A DNA stretch of 64,000 bases from Azolla caroliniana (taxonomy: Eukaryota; Plantae; Polypodiophyta), in contig JBHGNT010000095.1 of assembly GCA_043228905.1 (NCBI GenBank), positions 28,534 through 92,533 of the forward strand, given 5' to 3'. The first letter of the stretch is position 1; each line of letters begins with the position of its first letter. Both the position numbers and the translations under genes were made by a program. Positions 39,036-52,622 of this stretch are shown piece by piece. The notes under the pieces are model-generated. The model made no database searches, was not told the DNA's origin, and saw only the letters and a program-made list of their open reading frames with translations.

Positions 39036-40152
39036 TATGGCAAGACTCGAACCCATGACCTTAAGTTATATGGGTCGAGCTCTTGACCATTAGAACATCT
39101 ATTGTAATACGTAGGATATTATTTTCATTTACATTTTATTATAGGAAATTAGTGTATATTCCAGATTTCTCTGGAACATTCTAGAAGCTTCAGGATTACT
39201 CCTGAAAACACTATAAAAGAGGGCACTAGGCATTATGTTGAACCAAATTGGTTCAACGCCAGTCTTAAGCCTTTTAGCTGCCGTTGTATATTCTCTTCAT
39301 ATAATAAATATCTTTCTTATCATCACTCTCTCTCTCTCTCTCTTTCTCTCTGTCTCACTCACTTCTCCCTTCTCTCGAAGAAGTTCACACCTCTCGTAGT
39401 ACTAATCCTTCGTTTAGTACTAATTCCTTCTCTGTCTCAGTACTGTTCATGACACTGGGAAGTCCTTGTGTGTCGTCTCCGGTGCTGAGTCGTTCACTCC
39501 GTCGACATAACTCCAGTAGCCATGCCCAAGCAGGTACTGGTGCATCTTGTATGACCAAGATGCGTAGTTGGTTCTGTCGAGCTTCTCCACCGGGAGCGAC
39601 GTAGCCATACCTCTGTCCATTTCTCCTTTTGTGTCTGTTTTTCGATCTGTTAGGGTTTCCTTCATAAGCGTAGATGTCTGCGGCAGAGGTTCTCAACCCA
39701 CGTGCTCTGATACCATGTAAAGGATTGCTTGCGGAAGCGTTAGAAAGAACAATACACAGAGAGAGAGAGAGAGAGAGAGTACGCGGGAGAGAGAGAGAGA
39801 GAGAGAGAGAGAGCAAAACACACTATTTTTCAAAATTATATGAATACTTTGTGCTCTATATCTACAATGCGCTCATCAATGCTATTTATACAAGTCCACA
39901 CGGGACTGTTAGAAGTACGGTGTACTTCAATGCTCACATGAGCATCTGACACTAACTATGAGACTATAACTGCCTAGTAGTCTAACCTATACTAGGCTTC
40001 TGATTACGGATTGGATCCGGCATAGCGGCTCCTCTTGCTTACCGGTCCTTACTGCTTACCGACTCAGTTGCTCACCGGCATACCGATTCCTCTCGCTTAC
40101 CGGCTTAGGCTTATTCAGCCGATCCGGCTCCGGTTGAGCTTGTCACTCAACA

Positions 40153-40500
40153 ATTATTTATATCTCTACCTTTATGTAAAGGTTTGATCCAATTTGTAGT
40201 CCAATCGTACGACATACCATGTTGCAATGCATCATTAAACATATCGCTTATCCATATATGTGCTTCCTTTCCCGTCCATTTGAGCATTTCAGCCTTTATG
40301 CATTGAAGATCGCTTGCCTTTCGAGAGGCCAATTTCTTAAGTCCTATGCATATATCTTCAATTGTAAAGCAGGGAGACATATGTGAAAGAGAACCATAAC
40401 ACATCATCTTTCCGGCAAGAGATAACTCATATAAATTCTTACAATGCATAGACAAATCATGAAGAGTTAAGTCACCATAACTCTCAACACGTTTTCCCTT
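40153..40500 (-). mobile_element. RTE/RTEX-like LINE, 5' part (5'-truncated), separated by the copia insertion
   Basis: WTTNWIKPLHKGRDINN joins VNNYRTIMVG across the ATTAT TSD. Confidence 0.88.
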
Positions 40501-40533
<33 letters not shown>

Positions 40534-40538
40534 GTTTC

Positions 40539-40742
40539 AGATGGATGTAGCTTAGATGGTAAGGTTGGCCAATGGAGACCAGGTGGTCATGGGTTCAACC
40601 CCTACATTCCACAGTGACATCTAGTGAAATAGAGATATATATGAAGTATATAATAGAGAGGTGAGGAAATTGGGTTTCAAACCCAGACATGGTGCTTGTA
40701 GTGTTATCGACTTACCTCTAGGGTAAGCTAATTACGATAAAA
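40539..40742 (+). mobile_element. tRNA-derived SINE with long TSD
   Basis: A box TAGCTTAGATGG, B box GGTTCAACCCC, A-rich end. Flanked on both sides by (ga)n-gaatggtttc. Confidence 0.8.
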
Positions 40743-40999
40743 GAGAGAGAGAGAATGGTTTCTTATTTGATGGGCTTTCTGGAGTATCTCAACAGATATG
40801 TAGGATAATAGGAAAGTTGATTTGGCAATTTTCACAGTTATGTTGTATGGGAACTTTGTCCCCAAATGAGTTACATTTGTGCCGCTTTGTATTGCAACAC
40901 CTTAGAAGGTTGCCCTTGCTACATCGCTACCTTTGACGTAGTTTTGATAGCAAGGTTTTTTTGTATTATCATGTCGAAACATGTTTCTGATGTAACTTT

Positions 41000-43900
41000 G
41001 TCCTCAGAACTCCGTTTTTTATGATTTTTGGCTTGCTACGAAGCTCGTTCAGAGGGCTTTCCAAGGATCATTTGGACGTTACGTTACGTTATCGTTACAA
41101 GAAGCTACAACCAAAAGTGTCATCGTCTCAGGTTAGTTCTCTCAATCTCTATTAGGATGGCTGGCACAACAACATGAAGTGAATTGATGATTGTTGATGG
41201 ATGTGGTGGTGATGCTGGTTATGAAAATTACAAGAGGCAAAAGTGTATTGATTCTACAGAACATGAGAAAACATCATCTGCTGCTATTCTTGGTGGGAAA
41301 GATGTTATTGGAAATGATTATGATATTGACAATCGTTATGATTTTGTTAAGGCTTTGCTTTCCGATTTTATGGAAAAAAATGAGAAAGATGCTAAAGATT
41401 GTGTGGAGGAGGATGTTGTCGAGGTGATGATGGAGACCAACTCTATGTTAGCAACTTTTGACAAGTTCTATGATCATGGTGTTATTTTGTATTTCACTAG
41501 CAAACTTCCTTTGGTATCATGAATTAAGTAGTGGTTGAATTCATTCATAATGCCTGATTGTGTTGAGGATGTGTATGTGGGTCCAAGAGGTTTCTATGAT
41601 GTAGTTTTTCGATCGTCAAAACACTGTACGGCTTTGATGGCAAAGGTACCAATCTTTTTTTATAGAAGATTAGTGCATGTGATGGAATGGGTTCCAGTGG
41701 TGGATTATAAGGATTTAATTAAAACAACAATGTCCAATTTGGGTGACCGTTGATTGTAGTAACTCATTCTTTTGGGATTTACTACCAGGATTGATGTCCC
41801 AAATTGGTAAAGTTTTGGTTGCTCCTCATGTTAATTCATTGAACAAATGTAGATTTTGCATGTTATGGGATACAAGTTGTAAACTTCCAGGATGGTTGAG
41901 TATCAATACATCTCGATTTGGTCGATTTCGTAATGGGAAACTTTTGTAGGACATTGTTTTAAATGTGGTAAATTGGGGCATTTTATGGCTGAATGTCAAT
42001 ATCATGGTGAACTATCCCTAGAAAATAATGTCAAAGGGAAAAATAAGGAAGATGTTGAGAAGGATACTGTCTCAATGGTTGATATGGTCATGGATGAGGG
42101 AACATCTCATGGGTTAGAATGAGATCCTAAAGTTCATGGTTATGTTAGAGGTGTTAGGGAGGAGAATGGAGTATGTAATAATGATGGCCCAAATGTTGAA
42201 GATGGAGATTGGCATCAAGTGAAGCATAAGATAAAAGGGAATCAAAAAATACTAATGGTACAACATTACCAAAAGATAATTTGAGATTGAAGGAGGGGTT
42301 TAAGAAAAATTCTTGGCAGAAACAAGTGCGAAATTAGAGATTGTCCAACCAATTACAATTCGATTCTTCAGGAAGGGTGGTACGACCTCAATTAAATCAA
42401 GGACTTCGTTCTCGTGGAGCTAGACAACAAAACCCTAATATTGGTGGAGGGGATGTAGTACACACAAATCCTTATGCAACTCTTGAACAAGTAGTTAGTA
42501 CATTCATGAATACACTTGCTCATAAAGAGCAAGTTCTTACCAAAGATGTTAAATGAAAGTGGTATCATGGAATGTGAGAGGGGCATCTTCTCCTCATAAG
42601 AAATATATATTATGGAAAACTTTATTTGATAAAGATTGGGATGTTTTATATGCAGTTGAACATAAGTGTCATGATTTAGCAGGATCTATGTTACCTTTGC
42701 GTGGATATTCCACATATTATGCAGGACAATTATCACATCCTTACTCAGGGGTTGTCATGATTATTTGTGATTCGTTTTGTCCACATATAGTCTATAATGA
42801 TCCATATGGACGTTTTTTGGTGATGGAAGTAAAGTATTTTGAGGATTTGATATGGTTGGTAGGAATCTATGCACCCAATAATGCTAATCAATGCATTGAC
42901 TTATGGTCTCAATGTATCCACGGTTATTAGTGGGACGTGTTGGTTTGTTAATGGATGATTTTAATATGTGTGTTGATGCTTCACAATCTACTTCACGATT
43001 CTCATTGATGGATTCTCTTGAGCAAGTAGTTTGGGACAAATTGGCATCAGAGGTTTTGAAGTTGGATGCATGGAAATGGTTGCATCAAGATGAGGTTGGG
43101 TTTACATTTCAGACTATGCAATACAAGGAAACATGGAGTAGGTTAGATAGAATGTATGTTATGCATGATGAGTCCTTTTTGCCACAGATGCTTAATATGT
43201 CAATTATGCAAGAGGTTGTGACATCGGATCATTTTCCCATATGTTTTGAGTTTAATAAACATGGGGTAGATATGTACAAAACATTGCTTCAACGAGTTCC
43301 TTTGAGGTTTAATTCTTCTTTATTATTACATTCTTTATTTGATGCCTATATGCAACAAATTTTTGGCATGTTTTTAGAACAAGTTATTTCAAAAGGATGG
43401 CATGCATGGGATACAACTACAAAACATCAATGATATTCATCATATGTATGGTATGACTAATGTTAAAAGACGTAAGAAATTGATTGATAAGTTTTCATAT
43501 ATTCTTACGCGGTGCAATGTACTATTGATGGATAATCGACATGATGAAGAGCTTTTGGATGTTCAAGTTCAAGTACAAGACATTGTGAAGAATTTGTTCA
43601 AGTACAAGACTACGTCAATTAAAGGAGGGATTTATAGATAATCAATCACAATCTCATATGTTTTTTCAAGGATTAAGACCACCATATACTCCTTCAAATG
43701 TGGTACAAATTAAGATAGGGGATGACATTGTTGTACACCTAGTCAAGGTTATTGAGTTATCTATTACTCATTTTAAGAAATTGATTGGGCTAGAGTTGAT
43801 TATTAATGAGGATGTCTTGTCAAAAGCATGACAAGAGTTTTATAATGTAATTGGGAGTGCCGTGAATACAAATATTTGTCAAGAATTGGATGCTGATTTG

Positions 43901-46260
43901 AAGAAGCTGAGGTGGAAAAGGTATTGTTACACCTTCCAAATGGTAAAAGCCCTGGCTAGGATGGTGTTACAAATGAAGTTTTTAGGAAGTATGCTAGCAT
44001 GCTTAAGAGTCCATTCACACAAATGTTTCAACAATGTTGGGATTCTGGTTTCATGCTTGGGAGCTGGAAGGTGGGCTTAATCAAATTGATACCAAAGGTA
44101 CCATCTCCGGAGTCATTTCATCAATGGAGGCCTATTTCATTGATGGGAGGGTTGTACAAAGTGTTTGCAAATATATTATCCATCAGACTTAAGAAGTTCT
44201 TACCTCAACTTATTCATCCATCTCAATATGGTTTATTACAAGTAGAAATATATTGCATAATGTTTTGAATGTTCAAATGGCGACCGATTATGCTCGACAT
44301 ACACATCAAGAAATGGTTATGGTGCAATTAGATTTGGAAAAAGCATATGATCATGTTAATTGGTCTTTCATCTCAGGTGTGATGTATAATATGGGGTTTG
44401 GTCCTCGTATGTGTTGACTTATCTTTTTGATAGGGAAAAATGCAACCTCCTGTGTGATACTTAATGGCCGAGTCACTCCGAAAGTGTTTCTTACTAGATC
44501 CGTGCGGCAAGGATGTCCACTAAGCCCATTGTTATTTGCTATTGTTACACATCCTTTGCTAGTAATGTTGTCAAATCTTGTGGACAGTGGTGATATTGTG
44601 GGTTTGCATCTTCCTTTTAGTGGACAATTGGTGGCACAAACATTGGCAGATGATTCTTTTATGTTTTTACAAGCCTCAAAAGAAAATCTTAAAAGGAGTG
44701 TGCAAGTTTGGGATCAATTTGCTTTGGCTTCAGGGTTGTATATAAATTGGAGGAAGTCTCGCCTTATTTCTGGTACGGAGAGTGATTTTGAATGTTTGGG
44801 ATGCCGAGGGTCAATGATTACACGAGGTTCAATTTATCGACATTTGGGTTATCTATTAGGCATTGATGTTACAAATGTTCAATTGATTGATTGGATTGGT
44901 AGTAAATTAAGGGACAAATTTATGTATTGGAAGTCTCAATTATGGCCCTTTCATGTACAAAGTGGTGCAATGTATCTTGATACCCATGTTATTATATTTT
45001 TTGCCTTTACTTCCTTGGACTAAGAAGGCATTACAAAACATGTTACAACCTATTCAATTCATGTTGTGGCGGAAGGGAGAAATGATGGGAATTACATGGA
45101 TTTCATGGGACCATTTGGCTACTCCTAAAAGGTTAGGTGGTGCAACAATATTGGATTTGGAAAGGCATTTGATGGCTCGTAGATTTACATTATTACGAGA
45201 TATATGTCAACAAGATCAACCATGGATATCTATGATGCAATATTTTATTGAGCATGAAGGATTGGTGCATGGGAAAACAAAGATTCAAGCATCATGGTGG
45301 TCACTACTAAATGGAAGTATTCCTCTAAATATTCAACATTCTATATGTGGACAACATTTGGTAAGATCGTGGCAAGATGCATCTCTTTTTGAATGGGGAC
45401 CATCAAGTGATCGAGAATATTGTAATTCATTACAAAATGAATTTCTTGTTTCTTCTCGAGTGTTGTTTTGGCATGGGAAAGAGAAGTTGAGATCTCAATT
45501 CAATTGTTTATTTCGATTGGGGATTGTACATTTGGAAGATGTGGTTGATAATGAATCTCAAAGATTGTCGATTTTGAAGATGCCAAGAGATGGTTATGTA
45601 TTTCCCCAAAATATGGATTTATTTGGGAGAAATTACATGATATACCATTGTTGCAAGGATCTTTGCCATTGAAAACCAAATTTGCACCTTGGGTAGATTG
45701 GCGGTTAAATGATGGTACACACTTGTTACAAGTCACCACAAATATATTGTATCATCATTCGATGGCATCATTATCTTGGCTATCTCCTAAAGCAACGAAG
45801 TTGTGGAATGTATATAAGTCAGATGAAAGGTGATGGAAAATATTACAATGTAGATGGCATTCCCATCTACCATTTCGTGCAAAGGTATTCATATGGAGAG
45901 TCATGATTGGTGGGCTCCCATTAGGTTCAGCCTTAAAGAGACAAGGACTAGGGTCTGGCACTTGTTTCTTTTGCACCGCTCCATTGAAGGATAGTACACA
46001 TAGGTTCATCAAATGTCCTATAGCATGTACCATTTGGAAGTACTTATTGGACATTTGGCAAGTTTTAACCCGTTGTTGTTTGAGACCTTAGCAATGGGTT
46101 TTTTCTCAATATGTTCAAAATGGATCAAATGATGAGATGGAGATATTGTTCCAATTTTTACGTTATTGGGATCTACAACACAATTAGAATATGCGTAATG
46201 CTTTCATGTTTGACAATAGACATGGGGTGAAAGCCTATATAAAGAAGTTGAAAGGTATTC
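41000..46260 (+). mobile_element. Near full-length degenerate L1-clade LINE (ORF1 about 41180-42556; ORF2 from 42553)
   Basis: ORF1 knuckle CFKCGKLGHFMAEC (about 41955). APE motifs VSWNVRG, IYAPN, SRLDR, SDHFP. RT motifs WRPISL, LDLEKAYD, VRQGCPLSPLLF. zf-RVT CFFC..HRFIKC. Many stops. Confidence 0.92.
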
Positions 46261-46363
46261 CAGAATGTCCCTCTCTCTACATAAGCATATGATAGGTAGA
46301 GGAGACTAAGAAGTGTTGTAACTAAGTGGATTTTACATACAATTAATATAACTGTGTGCTTTT

Positions 46364-46405
<42 letters not shown>

Positions 46406-46407
<2 letters not shown>

Positions 46408-46645
46408 CTTTGCCACTGAAAACAAATGTTGCACCTTTGGTGGATTGGTGGCTATAAGATTGTACACTCTTGTTACAAGTCACTACAAATATTGTATCAT
46501 CATGCAATGGCATCATTATCTTGGCTATCTCCTAAAGTAGAGAAGTTTTGTAAGTTGGATGCAAGGTGATGGAAAATATTACAACGTGGTTGGCATTCCC
46601 ATCTACCATTTCATGCAAAGGTATTCATATGGAGAGTCATGATTG
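46406..46645 (+). mobile_element. Additional fragment of the same L1-like LINE
   Basis: Repeats the sequence of about 45660-45910. Confidence 0.8.
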
Positions 46646-46727
46646 GCTTATAGTCATCACTACTCAAGACACACATAACTTACTTAAATGACCTAATCCA
46701 CATGGCTAATAGATGCTAAACAACCTA

Positions 46728-46758
<31 letters not shown>

Positions 46759-48799
46759 ATAAGCAAAGCTAGAGATCTTAACAAGTTTATACAAAGAGTT
46801 CCAAGCTGTTAAAATGAAACACTTAAAACTTGGATGCCTAGTCAGGAAGGATCACGGTTTAAGGAATGAGGGCAATGGATTAAAAGACAAAGCTTTAGCT
46901 CTAATTGATGAGGTAAGAGGAAATGTGATAAAATGTTAAAAAGTGAGTTGTGGTCTCTACATTTCCTGTAGGCCTTTTCATAACTAAGAGACTATTAATT
47001 CACATATATTTGATTTTTCTATCTATTGTCCAAACTTGGCACTTGGGCAATGACATCCTTGTGTATGTTGTTGGATGGTGACTAAAGGAAGTGTGCGACA
47101 AGTACTTAACTCATGATGGTCAAGAGAGAGATGGCTACTTGTCCATTAGAGAAGAGGGACGTAGCCTTGAAGCTATGTCCAACATTCTTTTCTAGCAATT
47201 TTCATTATTGCAAATGTTGGCAAACCTATCACATGAAGAGTGTGAAAGTAGATACATCTTCATGTTTATCATCCGAATGGTGTGTAGATTGGGTATAGCA
47301 TCTGAATCCCAAACGAATCCATAGTTTGTTTTAAGTTAGTCTTGGTGATGTGGATGTTAGAGGGATTCAATGTTCATTGTACATTACGCATGGTGGCGTT
47401 TTATTTCCTAATGAAAGTTATCATTTACAAACAAAAGATAGCATACCATCAAAATGTTCGATAGTGCCAAGCACTACATTTTTCTTTTTCCCACGTAACA
47501 ATTTCTCCCAATTATGTTGATGATGTCTGAGTATCATGTTTGCCAAACCACATTTAACAAGAAATTCCTAGCCTTTTGGATTTATATCTAGAGATGTCAA
47601 TGTTATAATTAGTTTTTCGTGTAAGCACAAATGTTTGTTACTATAACTTACCAAGTAATTTGGGCATAATGACATTGAATGCTAAGGCTTGTTTGGCTTC
47701 AATTTGCCAAGGTATGAGCATTTTAGGCAGCTAGAAATATCCACGATGCTTAAAAAATACATGATGTTGTTATAGACACATGACCATGCAATGTATAGAA
47801 ACTTTGAGCATAGTAAAGGCATTAGATCTACACCTCAATAACTATTTTGGTTCTTTATTATGTCGAAGGCCAAGGGCATCACTAAAACTCAACATGAAAC
47901 ACACAAAAGTTTGCATTTATCCTTCCTGACTACATTAATGACTTCCATCGTTGAAAATGTTTGTGTGCTTTAATGTTCTTGAATGCTTATTTCCAAAAAC
48001 CTTCAATGTGAACAACGATGATTCCTCCCTCACACATTATTCTCCTTTGTTTACACCCAAATTCTCATGAACTAGAACCACTACATGAAGGTATCATGAG
48101 TTGACATTGAATATGGATGGTTTTGATTCTCTCTTTTCACTTTTTCTTCAAACCCTTAGAGACATGATGGGAAAAGTTTTGAATGGAATAAGCAAAAACA
48201 GAAAGCCAAAATGCCCTATTACATATAGAAGTCTTATGCTTGGGTGACTATGGTTGCACTTCATAAGACTTCATAAAGATTATGAAATAAATAATATTTG
48301 TACATGTTTAAAATTGTCTTTATTTATTCGTTTTTGGTCGAAATTAATTGTAAGAGATGCTTGTGAACGGAAATGCAACTTGCTTGATACAATGTATAGA
48401 AATTTCTCAAGATGGAATATGAATGAAGGAGAGGGGAACCAAAGGAAAAGGAAAAGGATACAAGACAAGAGGCTAAGGTTAGTGTAAATATGATGATGTT
48501 GATAAGGTAAAGTAAGTAGATGTATCTCACCTTCAATCATAACACATACATTCTTAACTAGTTATTCTTAAGAAGATTTGGACATATGCTTGCTCATCTC
48601 AACATCATGTCCATCTCAACATTATGAACATTTCAATGGAGTTAAAATTCATGATATCATGTCAAGCATTTTTTGTCCATATTAGTTGGTTGCCACAACC
48701 ACCTTGAGGCAATTGTTTATTCGAAGCCCCATTTAAAGTACAATGTGTTTTGATCAACTTTGAATTTGAGGAAGTTACTTTTACTATTTTTCTTTTATT

Positions 48800-49260
48800 T
48801 GGTTTATATGCACACTACCACCCCCAAACTATTGCAATGTGAACTCTCTTGTCACATGCTCGCCACACTTTACATATTTCACCTAATTTATCAAATGTTG
48901 GCAATCTAATAGAAGGCCTAGCAACAAAAGGATAAATTTTCCATGTCATTTCATCACCGATTGTCAACAAAGGATAAATCATTATTTTGAATGCTTGCAA
49001 TTATTGAGTAGATGACCTTTTCTTGTAGTGCTAGAATTTATGCCCCAAGATGACATCAAAATAGAAAGAGGGTGGCCCCGTTTGCGACCTTGATATCGAA
49101 AGGGGCCATTCAATTTAGAAATATGTGATGGTGTGTTTATTTGTAATGCTCTTAGGACAATGAAACCCATACCTTTCGCTCTTGTTAATGTACAAAAGCA
49201 ATTCAAAACAAATATATCCTCGTCATAAATCCCATATCTTGATTTCCAAAAACAAAACAA
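48800..49260 (-). mobile_element. Very degenerate LINE RT-like remnant
   Basis: MGF...LNGPF..RGHPLS loosely resembles the LINE RT NG...RQGCPLS region. Weak. Confidence 0.3.
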
Positions 49261-50289
49261 AATAAAAATCCCTGTCGATTACACTATATTCCTATACGAA
49301 TATTCACATGACATTTTTAGAACAGAAGAGTCCATGACAAGAAACCACTAGAATGCACATGAGGCACGAATTGCCTTATCACAATTTCTCACTTTGTGAA
49401 AATGACAGGAAGTTCATTGTTGTAGGTAAGCTCCTAAAGATATTCACCCATATCACTTCTTGAAGCTTAAATCGTTGTCCCTTAGAAAGACCTTGACACC
49501 TTTTAATGATTCAAAATCTTTATTGTCAAACCTATTAAATCGTTGTCTCTTCTTATGACATTTGATGTGCACTCATACATGCACATTCATGGTTTCATAC
49601 ATAAAAATGTTTTGGCCTAACAACATAAAAAATTATGACGCAGAAACGTGAACCAATGGAAATGCTCAAACTGTCAATTCTAATCCCCAATGTATATCAA
49701 CAAAGAAAGGATTCCTTACACTATTTTATATCTTTACAAATTCAATAATGTTGATTCATAGTACACACCTTGGGCTTGATGTACCATGAACATACCTGCA
49801 TGAGAGATAGCTGACATCAAAGACATGGAAAAGTGAAAAAGACTAATTTTTGACATGTGGTGAATAGACATGAGAGTTACAAGAAATAACCTCTACCCAA
49901 GTCTCCTTCACCATAGGAAAGATTTAGTGTATCTTAGCCTCCAAGATGAATTGATATGTACCTATCATATACTTCCCTTCCCATGCCTTTCCAACAACAT
50001 CATATTGGCATTGGATACCAAAGGAACAAGTCTAGTGGCAAGGAAATAGACACGCAAGATAGAGAAAGAAGAGAAACAATGACATATTGGCTATTATAGT
50101 GTGAACGGGCTCAAATAATATAAAAGAATGTGAATATCACTTTTGGAGCTCTTGTATAGCTTATTCTTCACTTTTGAGCCTTTCTCTAGTACACATCTTC
50201 ACTAACATTTGATCCGTGATCATACTTTGGGTTTGAAGAAGGAACATATGCATGAAACTAGAGCTTTGCCATACTGTCTAAGTCTCTAT

Positions 50290-50675
50290 GCAATAAGATG
50301 ATCCCCTTCAAATAAAAGAGAGCTATACGCATCACGATATAATGTTGATACTCCTCTTATCCATGTGTTTGGGAAACCCATCCTAACCAATGTTCCCTCC
50401 ATAAAATCCCAATCCACTCTGTCATAAGCCTTTTCAAAATCAAGAAATAATACTGCTAAGTCTTGCTTACGCAATTCCGCAAAGGCAACCATTTCCCAAA
50501 AGAGAATAATATTATAAAAAATACTTCTCTCTTGTATGAAACCAATCTGAGAATCATGAATCAACTACGACAGATAAGGCTGTAACCTTCTAGCTAATGT
50601 TTTTGCTAATATTTTATAAATAACATTCAACAAGGTAATTGGTCTCCAATGTTGAAGTTCTTCTAATTGTCCACT
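50290..50675 (-). mobile_element. L1-clade RT fragment
   Basis: WRPITLLN..IHDSQIGFI..LDFEKAYDRVDWDF..MGFPNTWI. Confidence 0.88.
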
Positions 50676-52530
50676 TGATTATGAGATAAGGATGAGTGAA
50701 GATGGTGGTGGGGTCGAAGTTGAATAGCATGAGTGGGTGAGGAAATTTTTATATTGAGTTCTGTTGATTATGCAGGATTTTAGTGGACTTTGGCAAGATG
50801 TTGCAACATGCTAATCGCTGAGATGGCTGAAGTGGACTGTATGAAGCATTTTTCTTGTTATGAGGATGAGTGAAGATGGTGGTGGCGTCGAAGCATACTA
50901 TAGAGAAAGGGTGAGGAAAACTTTAGATTAACTGCTTGTGTTAATATAGAATGTTTATGGACAATGCCAACTTATCAAACAATTATGTGGGTTAAAAAAA
51001 GACAAAGGCTTTACACGCTTATAACACTAGACAATGGAAGTATGCAAGCCACAATCTTTAAACCAGGGGGACATATAGTTTGCATTCAGTATGGAGGCCT
51101 TGACAATCTTCTCGAGGCATCAAACAAAGAGAAAAATAGAGGGTATTGGGATCTTGAATGGAACATCCCTTGAGAACTCTTGATCACCCGGAACGGTAAG
51201 TGATTGGACTAAAGACTGGTTCTTTGCCCATGTTGTAAGGTTATTCAGTTGTATCTGGACAGGGTGAAAGAAGATGGTTATTTACAACCTGCAACATGTT
51301 ATGGAGATTGAAGTTTCTTGATTGCATAACAAAAGGGTATAGATTGCATTTTACCTCGTTTGGTAGACCTTTGTGGAAGCTTTTTATAGCACAATTTTCC
51401 GATTGATTGTTTACTTTACTCTATGGTGGAGTCAAAACTTTTCATCAAAACTTTTGTTTTTTCAACTAGCATCTTATAAAGATGTTTTGGGGAAATTTTT
51501 GTATGTTTTTATGACTTTTCTAAATACTAATGGAAGTATACTTTCTTTTAAAAATAAAAAAAAAGATGATCCCCTTCATGAAGGTAGCTAGCTATATTAT
51601 ATTGGCTCAAACTCTGCATCATTGTTTGTTTCACTGGTGCTTTTTTCTAAGTGATCAAGTGATGAAACTCTCTAAAGTTACCTCCCACTCTAGGATTGAT
51701 GATAACTCATTCCTCACCCTTTATTCCTTATAATTAGCCCACACCTAACCCTAAGCTTAGAGAACAAAGGTCACAATTATGTTCATAACACATTTATATT
51801 TTAAACAAGCACATGGTCATAAGAGGTCATAGTTTGAAACAAAGCTCATACTTTAAAAACAAGCATGCACTAAAAAAGGAAAGTGTGTTTGATGGAACCA
51901 ACGCTTGAAGAAACCTAGGGAGGTGGAAAAACAAACAGACTCTTAAAAAGGAGCAAGGGTTCTAAAACAAGCATTTGGTCTACAATTGATAATGTGCAAG
52001 AAGAAATTACCCCATCAACAAAGCCTCTATCAAGGGTAAGTATCTATTCAACACACCACATACTCTACCAAAGAGCATGTGTCCACACATGAGACACTTC
52101 ATGTTCTAACAAAGAACCTGTGTTTCCCTCTCACCCACATGCTCTAGAAAAGGGTACACATTTGTGGCACATTAGTCATATGTAGAAAAGATTGTGTACT
52201 CATCACTCAATTACACACTCTAGCAAAGAGTGTATGCTCGCCTCAAGACCACACACCTACACTCTCGCAAATAACATGTATCCTCACACTACACCATTCA
52301 TGTTTACTAATTAGAATACCAATATTAATTTTTCCTCCTTTGTACACGATAACAAAGTTGGGCTTGTTACAGATTGTGCGGAAAAGAAAACAAAATGCAA
52401 TATAATAAATTAGAACTATGTTACCCGGTGGGACAAGTGTGAAACTATATATTGTCATGTGTTCATCAACAACCAAAATGGTATCTATACCACATTAGGT
52501 TCTCATTCACTACATTACAATCAACCGCTT

Positions 52531-52622
52531 TTTTCAATGGGAACTCGATGCAGTGCATCGAGTTCTTGTTGAATCACTCCTTCAACGAGAACTCGATGCA
52601 CTGCATCGAGTTCCCATTGAAA
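52531..52622. repeat. Nested palindrome / cruciform: long inverted repeat whose arms are themselves palindromic
   Basis: tttcaatgggaactcgatgcagtgcatcgagttcttgttgaa-tcactcc-ttcaacgagaactcgatgcactgcatcgagttcccattgaaa. Confidence 0.92.

Larger units (their letters stand above)
33799..39454 (+). mobile_element. Full-length Ty3/gypsy chromovirus (Tcn1/Tf1-sushi-like)
   Basis: LTRs 33799-34225 and 39028-39454 (427 bp, about 6 differences by eye). Ends TGTCATGA...TCATGACA. TSD CTGGG. PPT aaaggggggatag. Confidence 0.97.
29094..40152 (-). mobile_element. Ty1/copia LTR retrotransposon inserted in the LINE and itself interrupted by a gypsy element
   Basis: LTRs 29094-29552 and 39716-40152 with TG..CA ends. 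TSD ATTAT. PBS (rc gctctgatacca) at 39704-39715. PPT (rc ctccccctcaag) at 29553. Confidence 0.96.

Noticed and set aside
40543-40612. Functional tRNA gene
   Set aside because: The anticodon and T stems do not pair well, and it is embedded in a TSD-flanked repeat, so it is called a SINE head.
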